Source: Dimorphilus gyrociliatus | Lineage: Eukaryota; Animalia; Annelida | Direction of reading: 5' to 3' | Assembly: GCA_904063045.1 (NCBI GenBank) | Contig: CAJFCJ010000005.1 | Span: forward strand, 2,970,165-3,034,164 | Length of the DNA stretch: 64,000 nt | Shown here: positions 38,218 to 52,481 of the stretch, one piece after another | Position numbering within the stretch: the stretch's first letter is position 1 | Layout of the letters: the number at the start of each line of letters is the position of its first letter | Notes under the pieces: model-generated | The model's database searches: none | The model's input: the letters and a program-made list of their open reading frames with translations, nothing else | What the model was told of the DNA's origin: nothing | Program-made: the position numbers and the translations under genes

Positions 38218-38865
38218 GTAGTGAAATTTGAGATAAAGTAATACTACTAAAATATCTTTACTGATTAAAAATAAAAATAGTCTTTGATGCTGAAGTTATA
38301 TCTATATGTTACAGTTCGAACAACTACATTTGGGAACGTGGTAATTTAGTATTTTAACGGACAAGTTATAGTTTATGTGATTATGTTTATGTTCACTTTT
38401 TAAGAACTAAAGGTGGCGCTTCATCTTGAAAAATTTAGCGGGAAATACATCTAAAATACTCTTTGACGTTGAGTTCTAGTCGTTATTATTGAATATGAAA
38501 CTACTAAGTAACTTACATTTGTTTAACTATAAAAAATTGTTATTTTGTATATTATGAGAGCATTTGTTAAAACACATGTTATTATAAAAAAATTTCACAC
38601 GAAAAAACTGCTTCTAACAAAAAATTTTCACTTAAATAAGTAATAGCTATTAAACTCACTGTTCTTAATTTCTTTAATGAAGCATTCTTTAACTTCTACT
38701 TCTAATTAGTGTGATAGAAAATTAAGATAACTTTTCTAATCTATTTGTAGGAAAGTGCATATGGATAAACATGGACACTGAACTGAGGAAATTCCACTTT
38801 TGGGAATCAGTTTCAAAATATACAAATGATTTGAAGAAGTATTAATTAAAAGTCTACGCAATATA

Positions 38866-41503
38866 ATGTCTTATTGCGCTTTTGCTGGATGCAAGACAGC
38901 TATTAGAGCTGGAAAAGAACGCAGCAACTGCGGGGGAAGGTTACACTGCTTTCCGAATCCTATTACAGATAGAGATCGGTTATATTCTCATATTATCGCT
39001 CAGTACAACTATTGTAATTTCTTCAACATTTTAGGTGCCATCAATGGGTGCAAGCTAGTGGCAGAAAAGATTTAGCCGAAAGATTGGAAAATAATCCTAA
39101 AAGCTTATCTAGTTTGTAAATTTTCTTTTATTTAAGTGATTAAAAACAACTATTTTATTAAATATTGCTTTTTTGTATGATATAGTAGAGTGTTTTCATT
39201 TTGTACCTGCTCAGCTTAATATTACACTCATGCATTTCAGAGCTACGTGCCTGCTCAAAGCACTTTACAAAAGATCAGTATAATTGTCCAAACGAATGGC
39301 TAACTAGTCGTCTTAAACGAAACGCTCTTCCTTTTTCGATTGTACCAATTGCAAGGAATCGGGTGAAAAGGAAACTCCAGTCTGAGAAAAAAGAAAGCTC
39401 CAGGGTTGTTGTATTTTCGGAAAAGCAGAATAAATTAGTATTTAAACAGAAAGATATAAGAAACACTTACAAAATATTATTATTCCAAAAGTAATATTGT
39501 TAAATAAAGCTATATGTACCGTATATTAACCGTATATATCATATTTCATATTTTCTCTAGGTATATGCGTTCATTCGCGTGCTCTTGTCACTTAAATAGT
39601 ATTCAACGATTAAGGCGTACGATAAAGGAAGAGAGAGCTAAAAGGGTTGAAATTCAAAGTAAAATGCGTGAGTTTTATTAAATATGATAGTTATTTTTCA
39701 TTATACGTTTATCATTCTCTATAGATACAAAATTCCATCGTTTAAAAGTCATTGACGTTAGGAATTCCTTTAATAAGTGGAATGATCTAAAACAACATGC
39801 TGGAATGGAAAATGATGCAAAATTTTGTGAATATTTATTAAATATGTATGAAACTTTTACTGGTTATAAATATTTTGAAGCTGAAAGTGCGCTCGTTGAA
39901 AAAGATAGGTATTGTCTCGATTGATAATAGATGTTGCGTCATTGAAATGAAATATCTACAAAATTGATAAGCAGTGTTTTTGCTTCTCTCTTTATCTTAG
40001 ATCGGATAATGGGTGGCTGAAAGATATACCTCTAGATATTGAACCAATAGAAATATCTTTAAATGAGAACGATTGCCAAAGGCCTAGCATCGATAAGAAA
40101 AAAAGGTTAATTAAAAAAAAATCAATACTTAATAAAAACGAAAGTATTGTTACAAGGAAAAGGATACACTCTTCTCAACTCGGTAATAAAACCATAAAAT
40201 TTTATTCCTTTGATTTTTTTCAAAAGAACAATTCAATTCAATAATTATATATTATTTAATCTTTATATAATATTGTTAAATTGAATTTCTGTATAAAAAG
40301 TATTAAAGCGTTAAATCGAAGGAATATATTTAAGTAGAAGTAAATAAACATAATTTAATTTTGAATAATTTAAATATTGACGTTGTAGAATGCTCTGAAT
40401 GCGATAATACGTTTGAAACTGAATCTCTTTTAAATGAACACATGTTGAAAACTCACTCAAAACGATTAAAACTTCGAAAATTACCAAATCTATTTAAGAA
40501 ATTGGAAACGAAGAAACCATTGTTTTTTTTATGTGAGTTTTGTGGTCAACAATTCTTGGAAAAGCGGAAATATTGGGAACACAAAAGTCACCGGCACGTC
40601 AGACGTAAAATTGTAAAATGTCATTACGAAGGTTGCGGTATGATAATGACAAATCATTCTCTAAGCAACCATATACGATTAAAACATAGTAAAGAGGAAC
40701 GATATCAATGTATTTATTGTGGTCAAAAGTTTAAGAGAGGAGATTATTTGAAGAAGCATGAGATTACAAATCATACTAAGGAATATCCATTTACATGCGA
40801 AATTTGCCAATGTGGATTCTTTCACAAGAGTGAAATGGAGAGACATAAAAAGAAATCTCATTTAAACTCTGATGGTATAGTTCAAAATATTTTAAATAAG
40901 AGGCCGAATCGTAAGCCGAAAGGTGATGATAATCTCAAACCTCATATTTCAAAGAATTTAACAGAAGTACACTTACGGTGTGCTGTAAATGATTGTACTT
41001 TTATTTCTGAATTAGTAAGCGACATACGAAATCATTGTAAACATAAACATCTCTTAGCTGATTCAGAGGAAGTGCTAATCCGTTGTGCGGAAAGCGGCTG
41101 TAATCACGTGACTAGGACAAAACCCTTACTTTTACAGCATCATAACAATAAACACTTTACGTATAAGTCTTGGGTTTGCCAATTTTGTAATAGAGTTCTG
41201 AAGACGATTACCGCCTACGAATGTCACGTAAGAACGCATACAGGCGAAAAACCTTATTGTTGCGAGGTCTGCGGTAATACGTTTACCCAATCATCAACTT
41301 GCTATGGACATGAGAGAAAAGTGCACGGCTATCATAGAACAATTAGAGAAAATGTGAAGAATAGATACGACAAAATAGTAAAAGAGGACGAGTCAGATCA
41401 AAATGGAGATAAACGAACTTTCGAATCAGCGGAAAATAGTGATTCTAAAAATAGAACTTTAAAAGAAGGAGACGTTTTGGTTGAGGAAATGTCAATGTCG
41501 TAG
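38866..41503 (+). CDS. THAP domain + nine C2H2 zinc finger protein, multi-exon
   Basis: The THAP C2CH domain is assembled from three exons: MSYCAFAGC...LHCFP...|QWVQASGR...|LRACSKHF...RLKRNALP. Phase-consistent exons (~39561, ~39724, ~40000) link it to the final exon, which has 9 C2H2 fingers including a HTGEKPY linker. Confidence 0.85.
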
Positions 41504-44270
41504 AATGCTGTTTGATTATATTCTTTATTCCAATTTTTTCTTCTCCAATTGTATTCTAATAACAATAATGTCAATAACCAAAAAACTATACGCGCAAAAA
41601 TTTCACCTTTCTATTAAAATACAAGGGGAAGTTTTCTACTTAACTAATAGCAGAAGTCATCAACCTGATACGTTGTATTTTCAATATTTTGATATAGAAG
41701 AATGAATTAGATAGATAGTACATCTGGACGTTTTATTCTTTTAATTAAATATGAAAATATAGATACAAAATAGTATTAAAAAAAATCTCAGTCAAAACTG
41801 TAAATTAAGTCGCAACGGAAGTGATAACATTTTAAACGGTATACACTGTATAGAAAAAAAAAAGATTGTATAAAGCTGAATCAGCAGAACGTGATGATAT
41901 TGATAACACTTTCTCTTCCGGAAGGGACTATTACAAGAAAAAGTTGTAAAGCATAATTCGTTTGTTCTACTAACCAAAAATAGAATTGGCTAATAAAGAT
42001 GGCATTGTATTTATATATATATATATAGATATTTCCTCTTATGCTTCCTATGTATTTCTACTTAAGAGGTGGCTATCAAAAAATTTCTTCAACATAAAAT
42101 ATGATAGTGTTAATATTTTCTTCTCTTACGGTTATTTTATTATTAATTATTTGACAATTTGAATAAGGGTAATAATAGTATTTCGAATGTTATATGAAGA
42201 AGCTATATCATGAGACTTATGGTGTCCTATTTATCAAATAAAGATAATATAATAAAAAGAAGAATCATAATCATCCTATCTTCCACCACTTTTGCCCCTG
42301 GATAATCTATTGGTCTCATGGAGCCTACTCAAGAATAGAACACTCGGAATGACCTTTCAAATGAGTACGAACACTCTTGTGTACTTACTCCAGCTGTAGA
42401 ACGCACTTAAACCTCCAAACTCCTCCCTGACTCGGCCCCTCCCCTCTCTCCTTTTTCCATTCCAATGCCTATCATCTTCTTTGTTTATGACTGCACTTAC
42501 CCCATAAGACATCGACCCTGTTCGCTCATCCTTCATCTTTAAAGGGTAATGCTCAACCGGAGAATATTCTGTCCGTTTATGCGTCTAATCCGATTATATG
42601 GAAACAGTTATTACAAATAGAAAAAAGCTTATCGAAATAAACTTTAGAGAAAACTTTTCTTTATTCTTTTATAAGAGCCTTTCGTTTGTTTTTTAGGAGT
42701 TGTTCGCACTTAAAACTAGAAAAAGGGCAATACTTCTAAACACCGGTTAAGCCTATAAGGGTGAAACACTTGACAGAGTGAGAGAAAACATTAAATATGT
42801 TCACGTTTTTCAATTATCCTATCAATCTTTCAGCTACTCTCTCAGCGTCTCTTATTTACAGCCTTTCCCTATCTCTTTACTCCTTTTTTTCTATAAACCT
42901 TTTCCGTTTTTATCAAAAGAGGCGATCTTCAATACACATTTTTCCTTTCTTCATGACAAGACTAGGCGTGGGCGCGTCACAAAAACGTTTATATGGCGGT
43001 ATGAAAACAGATTGTTTACGTTTCACAAGGACGCGAACAAGTCATCAAGTTTAATTCGAGTGTATTATCGATCTTATCCTTTGATAATCCGAGAAAAACA
43101 AGTTTTCGAAGGCCTACATATATCCTTCTCTATATATGCACGTGTATAATATATGTATGTTAAAGAATTTTGTGTGTATGTCTTTTCTTTAAACAATCAG
43201 CACATATGGTAGTCGTAGAAGTAGTTCGTCCTCTTTCAATATCAGCTTGTGTAAAGTAAAAACTGCGTACGTGATATTGATAATAAGCTAATCTTTGATT
43301 TCTTTTATTTTTTTTAAACAAAAATAATTAGAAAAATAAATCAAATAGCGCTTTTTCCTCAAATATCAATAACGACAGAAATATGAAAGGAGAAGATGGA
43401 TAAAGAAGGGAGAGTTAAAAACTTAATTAAATTAATAATTTGTTCAAAAAGGGATAGTAAAAGAGTTAAAGGTCTCTTTTAATCATACATCTGTGTGCTC
43501 TGTGAAACATATGTAACCTTCATTCGCAGACATGATGTCTGTACATATATAAACATGTTAGAATTTATGTACACGATTTAAATATTGTTTAATTTGAATA
43601 AATACAAATCGAATATTTTTTCCGTGGTTTGTCTGGTGAAAGTCTGGCTTTTTAATTGAGATAGTAAAAAGGTTTATCTAAAAAAACCTATTATACATTA
43701 TCTATATATAAGGATTTATTTCTTTTAGGTTCATTTGATGTAAATTTAAAGATCAAAGTACTAAGATCGTAAAAATTTTGTGAAGGCCTTATTTTTTCCT
43801 ATTGTTCTAATCTTTCAGATAAGATTAAAATATAATAAAAAACTGTGATGCAATTCTTCCAGTTAAACAGTAAAGCCTAAAATAGGATCTAACCTTATAG
43901 GAAATAGTTATTTATAATTTTATTTAACTATTCAAAGACAATTGAATAGCTATACCGGTTGTGTGATATATATATATATGTATATATATATATACTAATA
44001 TATGTAAAAACTATAAAAAGCATCCTAATATCTACATGTATATATGGTAATATATACATATATTAATTTTCTATCTTTTTTATTAAAGTATTACATAAAT
44101 ACATTGTACAATATAAAAAAGAGGAAGTCCTTATACTAGTATAAATTCATCTCACAGTTAAGTGACAAAAGAAACTAAAACAATATATAAATATCGACTA
44201 GACACAAGAAAACGAATACAAAATTTAATTCTTTTATTGTTTCTTCTCCTCCTCCTGCTCCTGCTCCTCT

Positions 44271-44308
44271 TCATCATCATCATCATCATCATCATCATTA
44301 TCATCATC
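44271..44308. repeat. (CAT)n trinucleotide microsatellite
   Basis: About 12 CAT units with one TAT interruption. Confidence 0.9.
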
Positions 44309-44749
44309 GCTATCTTCTACTTCTTCAAGATTTTTGTTTGACAGTTTTTTTTCTTCTGTTTAAATATTCACAAAACAAGAAAAAGTCGAAAGTTATAGGC
44401 AAAACATAGAAAAAAAATGTAATACGTCTCATCATTATCATCATCATTGTCATTGTTATTTTTTTTATCAATTTTATCATTCAATAATTTTTTTTCTAAT
44501 TATGCAATTTTTTTTATCCGAGCTCACGTTCCTCTATAACTGTCTCTTCAAAGGAAAACATTTCATAAGTAGGATGATAGTAGGAAAGGGAAAGATTTCA
44601 TCTTTCAAATATATACTGTATATATATATGTATATATATATAACAAAGAAACGGCCCATTTTTATATTATTTTGTATATATAGTTTAGCTTCTTTTCATA
44701 TAAATAGGTAGATATACCATAAATACTCTTCTTGATGACTTGAGGTTCA

Positions 44750-45154
44750 CTAGTCTTCTTCTTCCAAGACCGGAAGAAAATTTGAACTCTTTCTCCTGAC
44801 TGTATTTGTTAAATTTGAGAGATATTGTTGCCAGTCTGCCGCCTCATCTTCATCTGTTAGAAAAGTTAGTGGTGGACCATCAAATTTCACTGGAACTATT
44901 TGAAAACCAGTCTTTTGGCTGTTTACTCTACAATTTTTCAAGCTTATACAGCCAATATCTCGACCAATTAGTTTATCCTGGCTGACTACAGCATAATTAT
45001 CAAATTGTGAGGCGTAAATGTTCAATCTAACTGGAACACTAATAAACTGTTTGCCATACGTACGACAAGGCTGTAATAGTGTAAATCTTCCTGTCTTCTC
45101 GGGAGATCCAACTCCAATTTGCTGAGAAGTTGTTGTGTCAATCTTCGTTAACAT
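44750..45154 (-). CDS. Small single-exon protein with a PH-like fold signature, uncharacterized
   Basis: 134 aa ORF of non-biased composition in a GC-enriched island. GCISLKNCRV...FQI...LTFL..EDEAADWQQYL matches the PH-domain C-terminal beta strands and Trp helix. It ends RRKSSNFLPVLEEED*. Confidence 0.6.
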   Translation of the reverse strand: MLTKIDTTTSQQIGVGSPEKTGRFTLLQPCRTYGKQFISVPVRLNIYASQFDNYAVVSQDKLIGRDIGCISLKNCRVNSQKTGFQIVPVKFDGPPLTFLTDEDEAADWQQYLSNLTNTVRRKSSNFLPVLEEED

Positions 45155-45604
45155 TCTTTCCCGTTATGATTCGATCCGCCAAATGAAAAAGTCAGGAAAC
45201 GTCCTTATTGTCTTCTGACAGTAATTTTTTTGAAATTTTACATAAAAATCTTGAGAACTATTATGATCTTCGGTAACCTCGCCTCAAAGTGGCCTGGACA
45301 GAGTACAAAAAATAACTTCTTGTATCACTTTTTTTTATAAATATATATGCTTAATTTGTACTCTACTGCCGACGATTCGATGCGAATATAACCGGCTAGT
45401 AGAGAGCGCCGCTTTATATACGTCTGGCGCATTGGAATATAGGCCTAACATAGTAACCTATTACGACTATTTCGCTCTTTAGATATACATATATACTGTT
45501 GTACATTTCATCTACATGCACATTTACAATACATAGTATTGTATTTTTTGAATATATATATATATATATATATATGTATAAGTTGTCCTTATATAAAATA
45601 TAAA

Positions 45605-45638
<34 letters not shown>

Positions 45639-46400
45639 TATATACAATACTAAATAAAATTCACTCATGATTTAATATTAATAGTATATCGAATACAATT
45701 ATTAAATAGTTAGAGATTCTAAATGTATTTGAATTCGTCAAGAGAATGTAGAATATGTTAAACCGGAAGCTAAGGAATCTATTAAATATTGTTTTAGTAT
45801 TTAAAATTTTAATTGAAGTAAAGTAAAATGAATAATTCGCCTAGGCTTTTTTTGTATACATGCTGAAGAGCGTCAGGGGGGTCATTTAGTACGTACTCTT
45901 CTTAGTATATTTTGTCAGTCTATATGGAAACTTGGAAACTTACTCAACTGTACAAGGTCAACTGAATTAAACTTTTAGATAAGAGTTAACTTTTTCCGGA
46001 AAAATGATAATTAAAACATGACGTAATTATTGCAATGATACCAGTCGTTATTTAAATGTGCTTGTTTTTTTATACCACGAAATATCATATTAAAACTCAT
46101 TACGTCATAAATTATTCCTAGTGGTCATACGTGCGTGTTATTGTGTATAGCACTCACTGTTAGTTTCATGTATTAATAAGAGTAAAAACAACAGACAAAG
46201 CAGTATAGGACTAATTATTTGTTGTTGAATTCTAAACTGGCGTCCACAAATGACGTTTTATTTACTTGTTTATACTTTTTACAGCTAAAAATAGATTAAA
46301 AGTTTGCTACTTTTTTAATTTACGAGCTATTATATCAAGGTTGATTGAAGATTGAAGAGTGAGAAAATAGATTGCGAAAAATATAAAAATCCAGGTTTAA

Positions 46401-46406
<6 letters not shown>

Positions 46407-46444
<38 letters not shown>
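46407..46444. repeat. (AG)n microsatellite
   Basis: Perfect run of about 19 units. Confidence 0.95.
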
Positions 46445-46445
<1 letters not shown>

Positions 46446-48541
46446 AAGAGAAAAAAAGCGGCTATGTACTGGTTCTTTTACTATTGCTGTATATCCTAGA
46501 TTAGCTTTTCCAGAGAACTATCCTGGGAATCACACAACAAAGATTTGTGAAAAAAATATTTTATTTTAAAGAGGGGATATAACCTTTTACAAGACACTTA
46601 TGGAATAGTCTTACTCGTTGAACATTGGTCACACGTGCAGTTTGTATATATCACTTGTAATAATACCCTTTTACACTATCTTTTCTTCAACAAGATATAA
46701 AGTTTACATTATGATTTATATATCTTGATAAGTACTCATGATATTAGTAAATACTTCCTCCCGCATTATATAATTAATTACTAATACATCTTCAAGGTGA
46801 GTAGTGTACTACAAGTGAAAGGAGAAGAAAAAAAGTAGATCATGTCCGTCTAAGGCTCAGTAGCAATTGCACTCAGAATCAAAATAAACAACTGTTCTCC
46901 CCTGGATTTCTCTTTCTGACTCATTTTTTGTACTTTATTGAACGCCTTTCTCAAAGTGATGATTTAGCCAAAAGTTCAAACAATAGGCCTAGTTATAAGA
47001 AAAGGTTGATAACCTGGTCAGCGGGAGTCAATACTGACAGAGGATAAGTAACCGGAAAAGGATTAAATTATTGCAAACTGTGGGCGTTTGTGTCAATTGC
47101 ATATTAAAAATGGATACTATTTATATGAATACACACTGTTTTATCTTGTTCTATTCCTTAGTGCAACGAACCCGGTGTCTGATATTAGTTTTTGACTATT
47201 TCTGAGTAAGGCAGCTATAGTGTTTCGCACTAGGTACCGTTATGGTCTGGACCAGGGCGATGAGTACTAGACTGCAAATCTGCAATGCTTATCTTATTTG
47301 CAAAAAGAGTTAGTTGTTCTGCACTAACGATTTTACGAATGAGGCAGTAAATTGAATTCGAATGAATCAACTGTGTGAAACAAGCAGGGAATGACTCGAA
47401 TGTCTTGAATACGTCATTCAATCTAGTCTATTTATTCATATTGTGAGGAGTAGAAAACTCTTTATCAAACGTTTCATAAACAATTATTAATCTGCTTAGT
47501 CATGTCTAACTAGCAAACAACTTTTAGATATAAGAGAAAATGGATTACGGCGAGTCGACGTTTCCTTAAGACGTCGACCCGTTAAACCTTATTTTCTAAG
47601 TTGTTTACTTGTACATAATAATATTAAATACCAGGTATTTGTCAACTTGGCCAACTGAACAGCCAATCTAATTGGATAGAAAAGGGGTCAGGCATTGATG
47701 TTTGGGCAAACAACAAGGAAACAAAATATTTGTCCAATATTGAACTCAATTGAATTTTTATAATCATAATTATTTGAACTTAATATAGGATACAAGTTAC
47801 ATATGGCAAAGTGTACAATAGAAACTGTAGAGTAAAATCCGTAAAATCTTATTGTTGTTTAGTTTATATCAAGGTGTGTGATGGAGAGAAAGAGAAAGAG
47901 AGAAAAGAGATTGAGCGAGAAACGAGGGGAAATGAAAATGTATACGATATTTAGTAAAGGCTAAAAGTTCAAAGTCTAAAGGAATCATTTTATAAATAGT
48001 CTAATAGCAGTTTATTTCACTTGAAGAGACCTTACAGAAGAGTTTTTTTTTTCTTAAATAAGAGAGACTGTTCCCTTTCCGGGATAATTTTCATAAATGC
48101 ATAAAGATACATTACACTATTTATCAACTTTTTATAAGGTTATTTACATAGAAGAAAAAAGTAACTTTATAAAGAGAAAAACATATTCAACAGTGTACGT
48201 CCGATACAATGTCTACTGTGAATATTGAACTTATCCGTACATGCATATTATACAAAGCTTTATTTTAAATTACTGCTTCTATTATCAGTAAGTGAATTAT
48301 AATTATTATGATTAAGAATTAGTAAAGAAGAGAGAGAGTGTGTGAGAGAGACTGGGATAAGCAAGAGAGAATAGAAAGAAAAATAATAATAATTCGTTTG
48401 TAACAGGAAGAAAAAAAAGTTTCTTTTTTTTATTTTACAAACAGAAACTTGATTGTTACTCGCCATCCTCTGTGCCTTATTAGAACAAATTGGTTTAGAA
48501 TGTCACCGACTTTGAAAAAAAGGATGGCTGGTTTTACTTCT

Positions 48542-48578
<37 letters not shown>

Positions 48579-50931
48579 AAATACAGTATATATTTCTTTA
48601 TTTATTCCCAAAATTTTAGCTTTTCTCAAACAAACATGTTTCAGTGAAAAAATAGATGGATGTAATCACAAAGTTATTAACTTTTTGTCTTCTATATAAG
48701 ACACGTTATTAAAGTAATCTAATTTTATCCTATTTGTTATTACGGTATTTAAAAGATTTCATAAGATATCAACGAAAATGTCGAAATTAGAGTAAAAGAC
48801 GAAAGCGAAGAGACGTAAAGACGTTAATAATGAAAAAGCATATAATATTGGTAAATAAATCTAAATGGACAAATCATATATAATTCATTTATATAATACT
48901 TTAAGAAAGCTTCAAGATAAACGATATATTGTAGATTGTGTTGAGAGGTTGAATATTAATGAAACGTAGAAAGTAAACGATAGAAAGGAGAAAGATAAGT
49001 AAATTAGAGAAAAGGTTAAATCTCTTTTCAATGAAGAATCTAAGACGCATAAAAAAGAACTCTACTTTATAATAATAAACATATTTTTTTGCATCTTTTT
49101 TTTAGTATACGTTTCAATATTCGGATGGCTAATACTACTAAACTTCATACCACGCTATTGGTGTTAATTAATTATAAAGTTAATATAAAAATTTTTGGTG
49201 TTTTATTGAAAAAAAAAAGGGAACTAAGGAAGAAAGAAAAAAAGAGAAAGTTTATCTTTTATCATAGAAAAAACAATAATAATATAAACAATTTTTATTA
49301 ATATAGTTGTATTTATAACGGACACTATTGAAATATTTTTTACTTTGGAAAAAAAAGTTGAAAAAAAAGGAAAAACAGATGAAAACAAAAAGAATGAAAT
49401 AAACATCTAGTACAACAATTCAACAATTGTAACGAGAGTTCTATAAACACAAATAAATATTTGTTAGTTGTACCTTTCTAACAATGGGGAGAGTTTAAAT
49501 TTCAAGAGAGATAAGAAACCAAAAAAAAGAGAAAAAAAAAAAAAAAGATAAATACAATTCAATAATCGAGAAAAGTATTAAAAAAAAATTATGAACATAT
49601 GTCTAAGCTATTCAAAAGTAAAATGTATTTATATAGGTATATATAAATATTTCTAAACATTAAAATAACATATTTATCAGTATTAATATAAAAGAAATTG
49701 CACAAATTATGTTTTTCTTCTTTTCATATATAAACAATATATTTTCTAGTATAATTGTTCAGAGCAACTGTATATACTTGTATATTTTATAATTACTATA
49801 ATAATAGGAATAATCACAAAATAATTTTTCATCTACGTAAAAACAGAGAAGTTCATCTTCTAAACTAATAAAAAAGGAAGTAATTCCCTTCTCCTTTCTA
49901 TTTATTTTTTCACCTTTAAATAATTAATTAGTTTATTAACCCCCTTTTATAGTCCTAATACAGTTTGGTTTATATCGAGTAGAAAAACAACATTGAAAAA
50001 AAAAATAACATTAAATTTCTTTCAAATGTATTTGGTATACTAGTTTTTAAAGAAGTATAGTTATTTACTATCATTATATGTATATTGTACTTGAATAAAG
50101 TGTATAGATATATATTTTCTATATAATCTTTATTTCTTATCTACTTTTACATCTATTCTAACAATTTTACAATAATATTAACAATAATATAAAATATTTA
50201 ATGATTCAGTTTTTTAAACAAAAATCAAAGATAATAAATAAATCGGCATTTATTAAAAAGAAGCCATTGTAAATGTGTAAATACGAGAATAAACTCTTCT
50301 TACTCCTTTCTTACCTATATAGTAAAACATATAAATATTTTAATATGTATATCTACATATGATCTCTGATATTAACGCCATCTATTTTATTGTTTCATTA
50401 TTTCTTCAGGATAAAACATGAAAGGATTTGATTAGATAAAAGAAATATTTCATATTTTTAAGCGAAAGTCTAAATTAGTAAAAATGAATAGGTAAAAAGG
50501 TATACGTGCGTTGAAAGTTCACCCTCCCCCGATTATGCTTTTATTCATTCTTTGATAGAAAATTCTGTTGGCTAACACAATGCATTTATTAAATAAAAAG
50601 AAAGGAAATTATTGATTTCAATGGAAAATTAAAAAAAATTAGTTTAATGATATTTATTTTAAATAAAAACATAAAAAATCTTATATAATAACCTGGATGA
50701 ATATTGCATCTTTGCTATATTGAATTTTATGCAAATGCAAAAAGACAGATAGTTGAAAATCATAGATATTGACATTGTTTATAAAATTTTGCAAAATATA
50801 GGGCTATTAGATAAGTAGTGAATCTCTAATAGGTGAGTATAAGTTCAAAGCTAATAATAATAACAATATTTAACTGATTATTCAAGTAGATTTTCATATC
50901 AGTTTGATGAGTAAAAAGTGTAAAAGAAAAT

Positions 50932-50934
<3 letters not shown>

Positions 50935-50976
<42 letters not shown>

Positions 50977-50990
50977 TGTGTGTGTGTGTG
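50935..50990. repeat. Compound (AG)n(TG)n microsatellite
   Basis: About 20 AG units followed by about 8 TG units. Confidence 0.95.
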
Positions 50991-51312
50991 TTTATGTATA
51001 GCGATTAAAAGATAAGACTATCTTATTATTGTTATAAGCAATTGTCAAAAAAGGAGAAAGTTAGTTGAATAGAGAAGAGAATTTTTAAAATGTCGATTAA
51101 ATAAATTATTTAGAAAGTATGTTTTGTTAATCAAACAATTTTATATTATATAAATAAAGCGGGGACAAGAAATGTCTTTTTGAAACATTAGTATTTTAAT
51201 AATTCATATATTAATTAGTAGTAATGAAAGCTAAGTTGTTTTCTATTTGTAATTAGAAACGAATAAATATAGAAAATGTAAGTCAAGGTTATGAATTGTG
51301 TATTAAAATTTC

Positions 51313-51613
51313 GGCTGGGAGCTTGGCGTACTCCTGTAATTCGAGCTACTTCGAAGGCCAGATTTCGGGACGATTTGAAATTGGGATCCCTAACAGGCAG
51401 TGTTCTATGTCGATCAGACGTCCGAACTAAGCTCGGCATCGGCATGGAGTGACTGGCGGAGGCTAGTCATTCCAGGTCGTCTAAGGAGGGAGAAATCGAT
51501 CGAGGCCTGAAAAGGAGCAGATAAAACTCCCCGTGTTGAACAGTAGTCGGTTCGCGACTGTGAATAGGCATTGTCTGTTAGCCCGATTAATATAGTTGGA
51601 CTGCTGTCTGTAC
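51313..51613 (+). ncRNA. RN7SL: 7SL RNA (signal recognition particle RNA)
   Basis: About 300 nt, colinear with metazoan 7SL: Alu 5' GCTGGG...TGGCG..CCTGTAAT..AGCTACT, then CTATGTCGATC...TCCGAACTAAGCTCGGCATC, CCAGGTCGTCTAAGGAGGG, helix 8 CCT-GAAA-AGG-AGCAG, CAGTAGT...CGCGACTGTGAATAG. It is followed by a T run. Confidence 0.95.
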
Positions 51614-51621
51614 TTTTTTTT
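51614..51621 (+). terminator. RNA polymerase III terminator (T8) of 7SL
   Basis: Eight consecutive T residues directly after the 7SL 3' end. Confidence 0.85.
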
Positions 51622-52481
51622 AATTTTTTTCCAATCTAAAAAATAATTCAAGCGGTTGTTTATTAAATTACCTAAAACGGATTATAGTTGGTAATTATCT
51701 CGGGGTTAATCCACTTAATTTTTTTTTGTTTTTAAATAATTTAATAAAAAGGCAAGAGAAAGTTTATTGATCGATTTCCAGATAAAAAGAGAGTTTATCT
51801 TGACAATTTATTGAATTAATTTAAAAATCATAGGTTATATGGAAATAATTGTAAGCGATTGTAAAGATTACTAGGTAATTGATAAGAATCATTTTTATCC
51901 CTTTCAATAAATAATCTATTAATAGCTGTAAATTTTGTATTTTTAGAATAATTTTTATATTGTTATATGATGGCAATTTACTAAAATTTTATTAAATCTC
52001 TATTAATAATCCTTTATCCTTTTTTAAAATTTATAATTTGACTAAACTACGCAAATTCATTGACCTAAAAAATATCTTCTGTACTTCCTCCACAGAATAA
52101 GTTTATTTCTTTCACTTACAAATAATTAAACATTTTTTCTATAGTTTCCATCCTCTTTTTAAGTTTTTTGACAGAAAGAAAGCTTTTGGACTGTATTCCT
52201 TTTACTACGAATATAAAAGCTACATCTTAAAAATAATCAATTTCTATTCTATTTGAAGAAACAATGAAATTTCTTAGAATTTAATTTTCACCTGTGAACA
52301 GACTGTGCTTGATGGAGAAGGTTTAAATGTTTATAGTATTTTCTAGGTAAAGATTATAACAGTTTATTCGAGAGTTACTTTTAATAGATAGCAACCTTTC
52401 AACACAGCTTTCCGTTTATATACAATATATATATAGTATATAGTTGTCTACTTATTTATTCAAATCACAAAAAATGAAATC

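Noticed and set aside
42290-42560. Strong minus-strand splice donors and a possible 5-nt micro-exon (CAG|CTGGA|GTAAGT)
   Set aside because: The assembled frames hit stops quickly and give no recognisable protein, so it cannot be supported without RNA data.
44236-44357. Acidic poly-Asp/Glu reading frame on the minus strand as an alternative terminal exon of the PH-like gene
   Set aside because: It is explained by the (CAT)n microsatellite, and I found no phase-compatible donor in the PH-like ORF.
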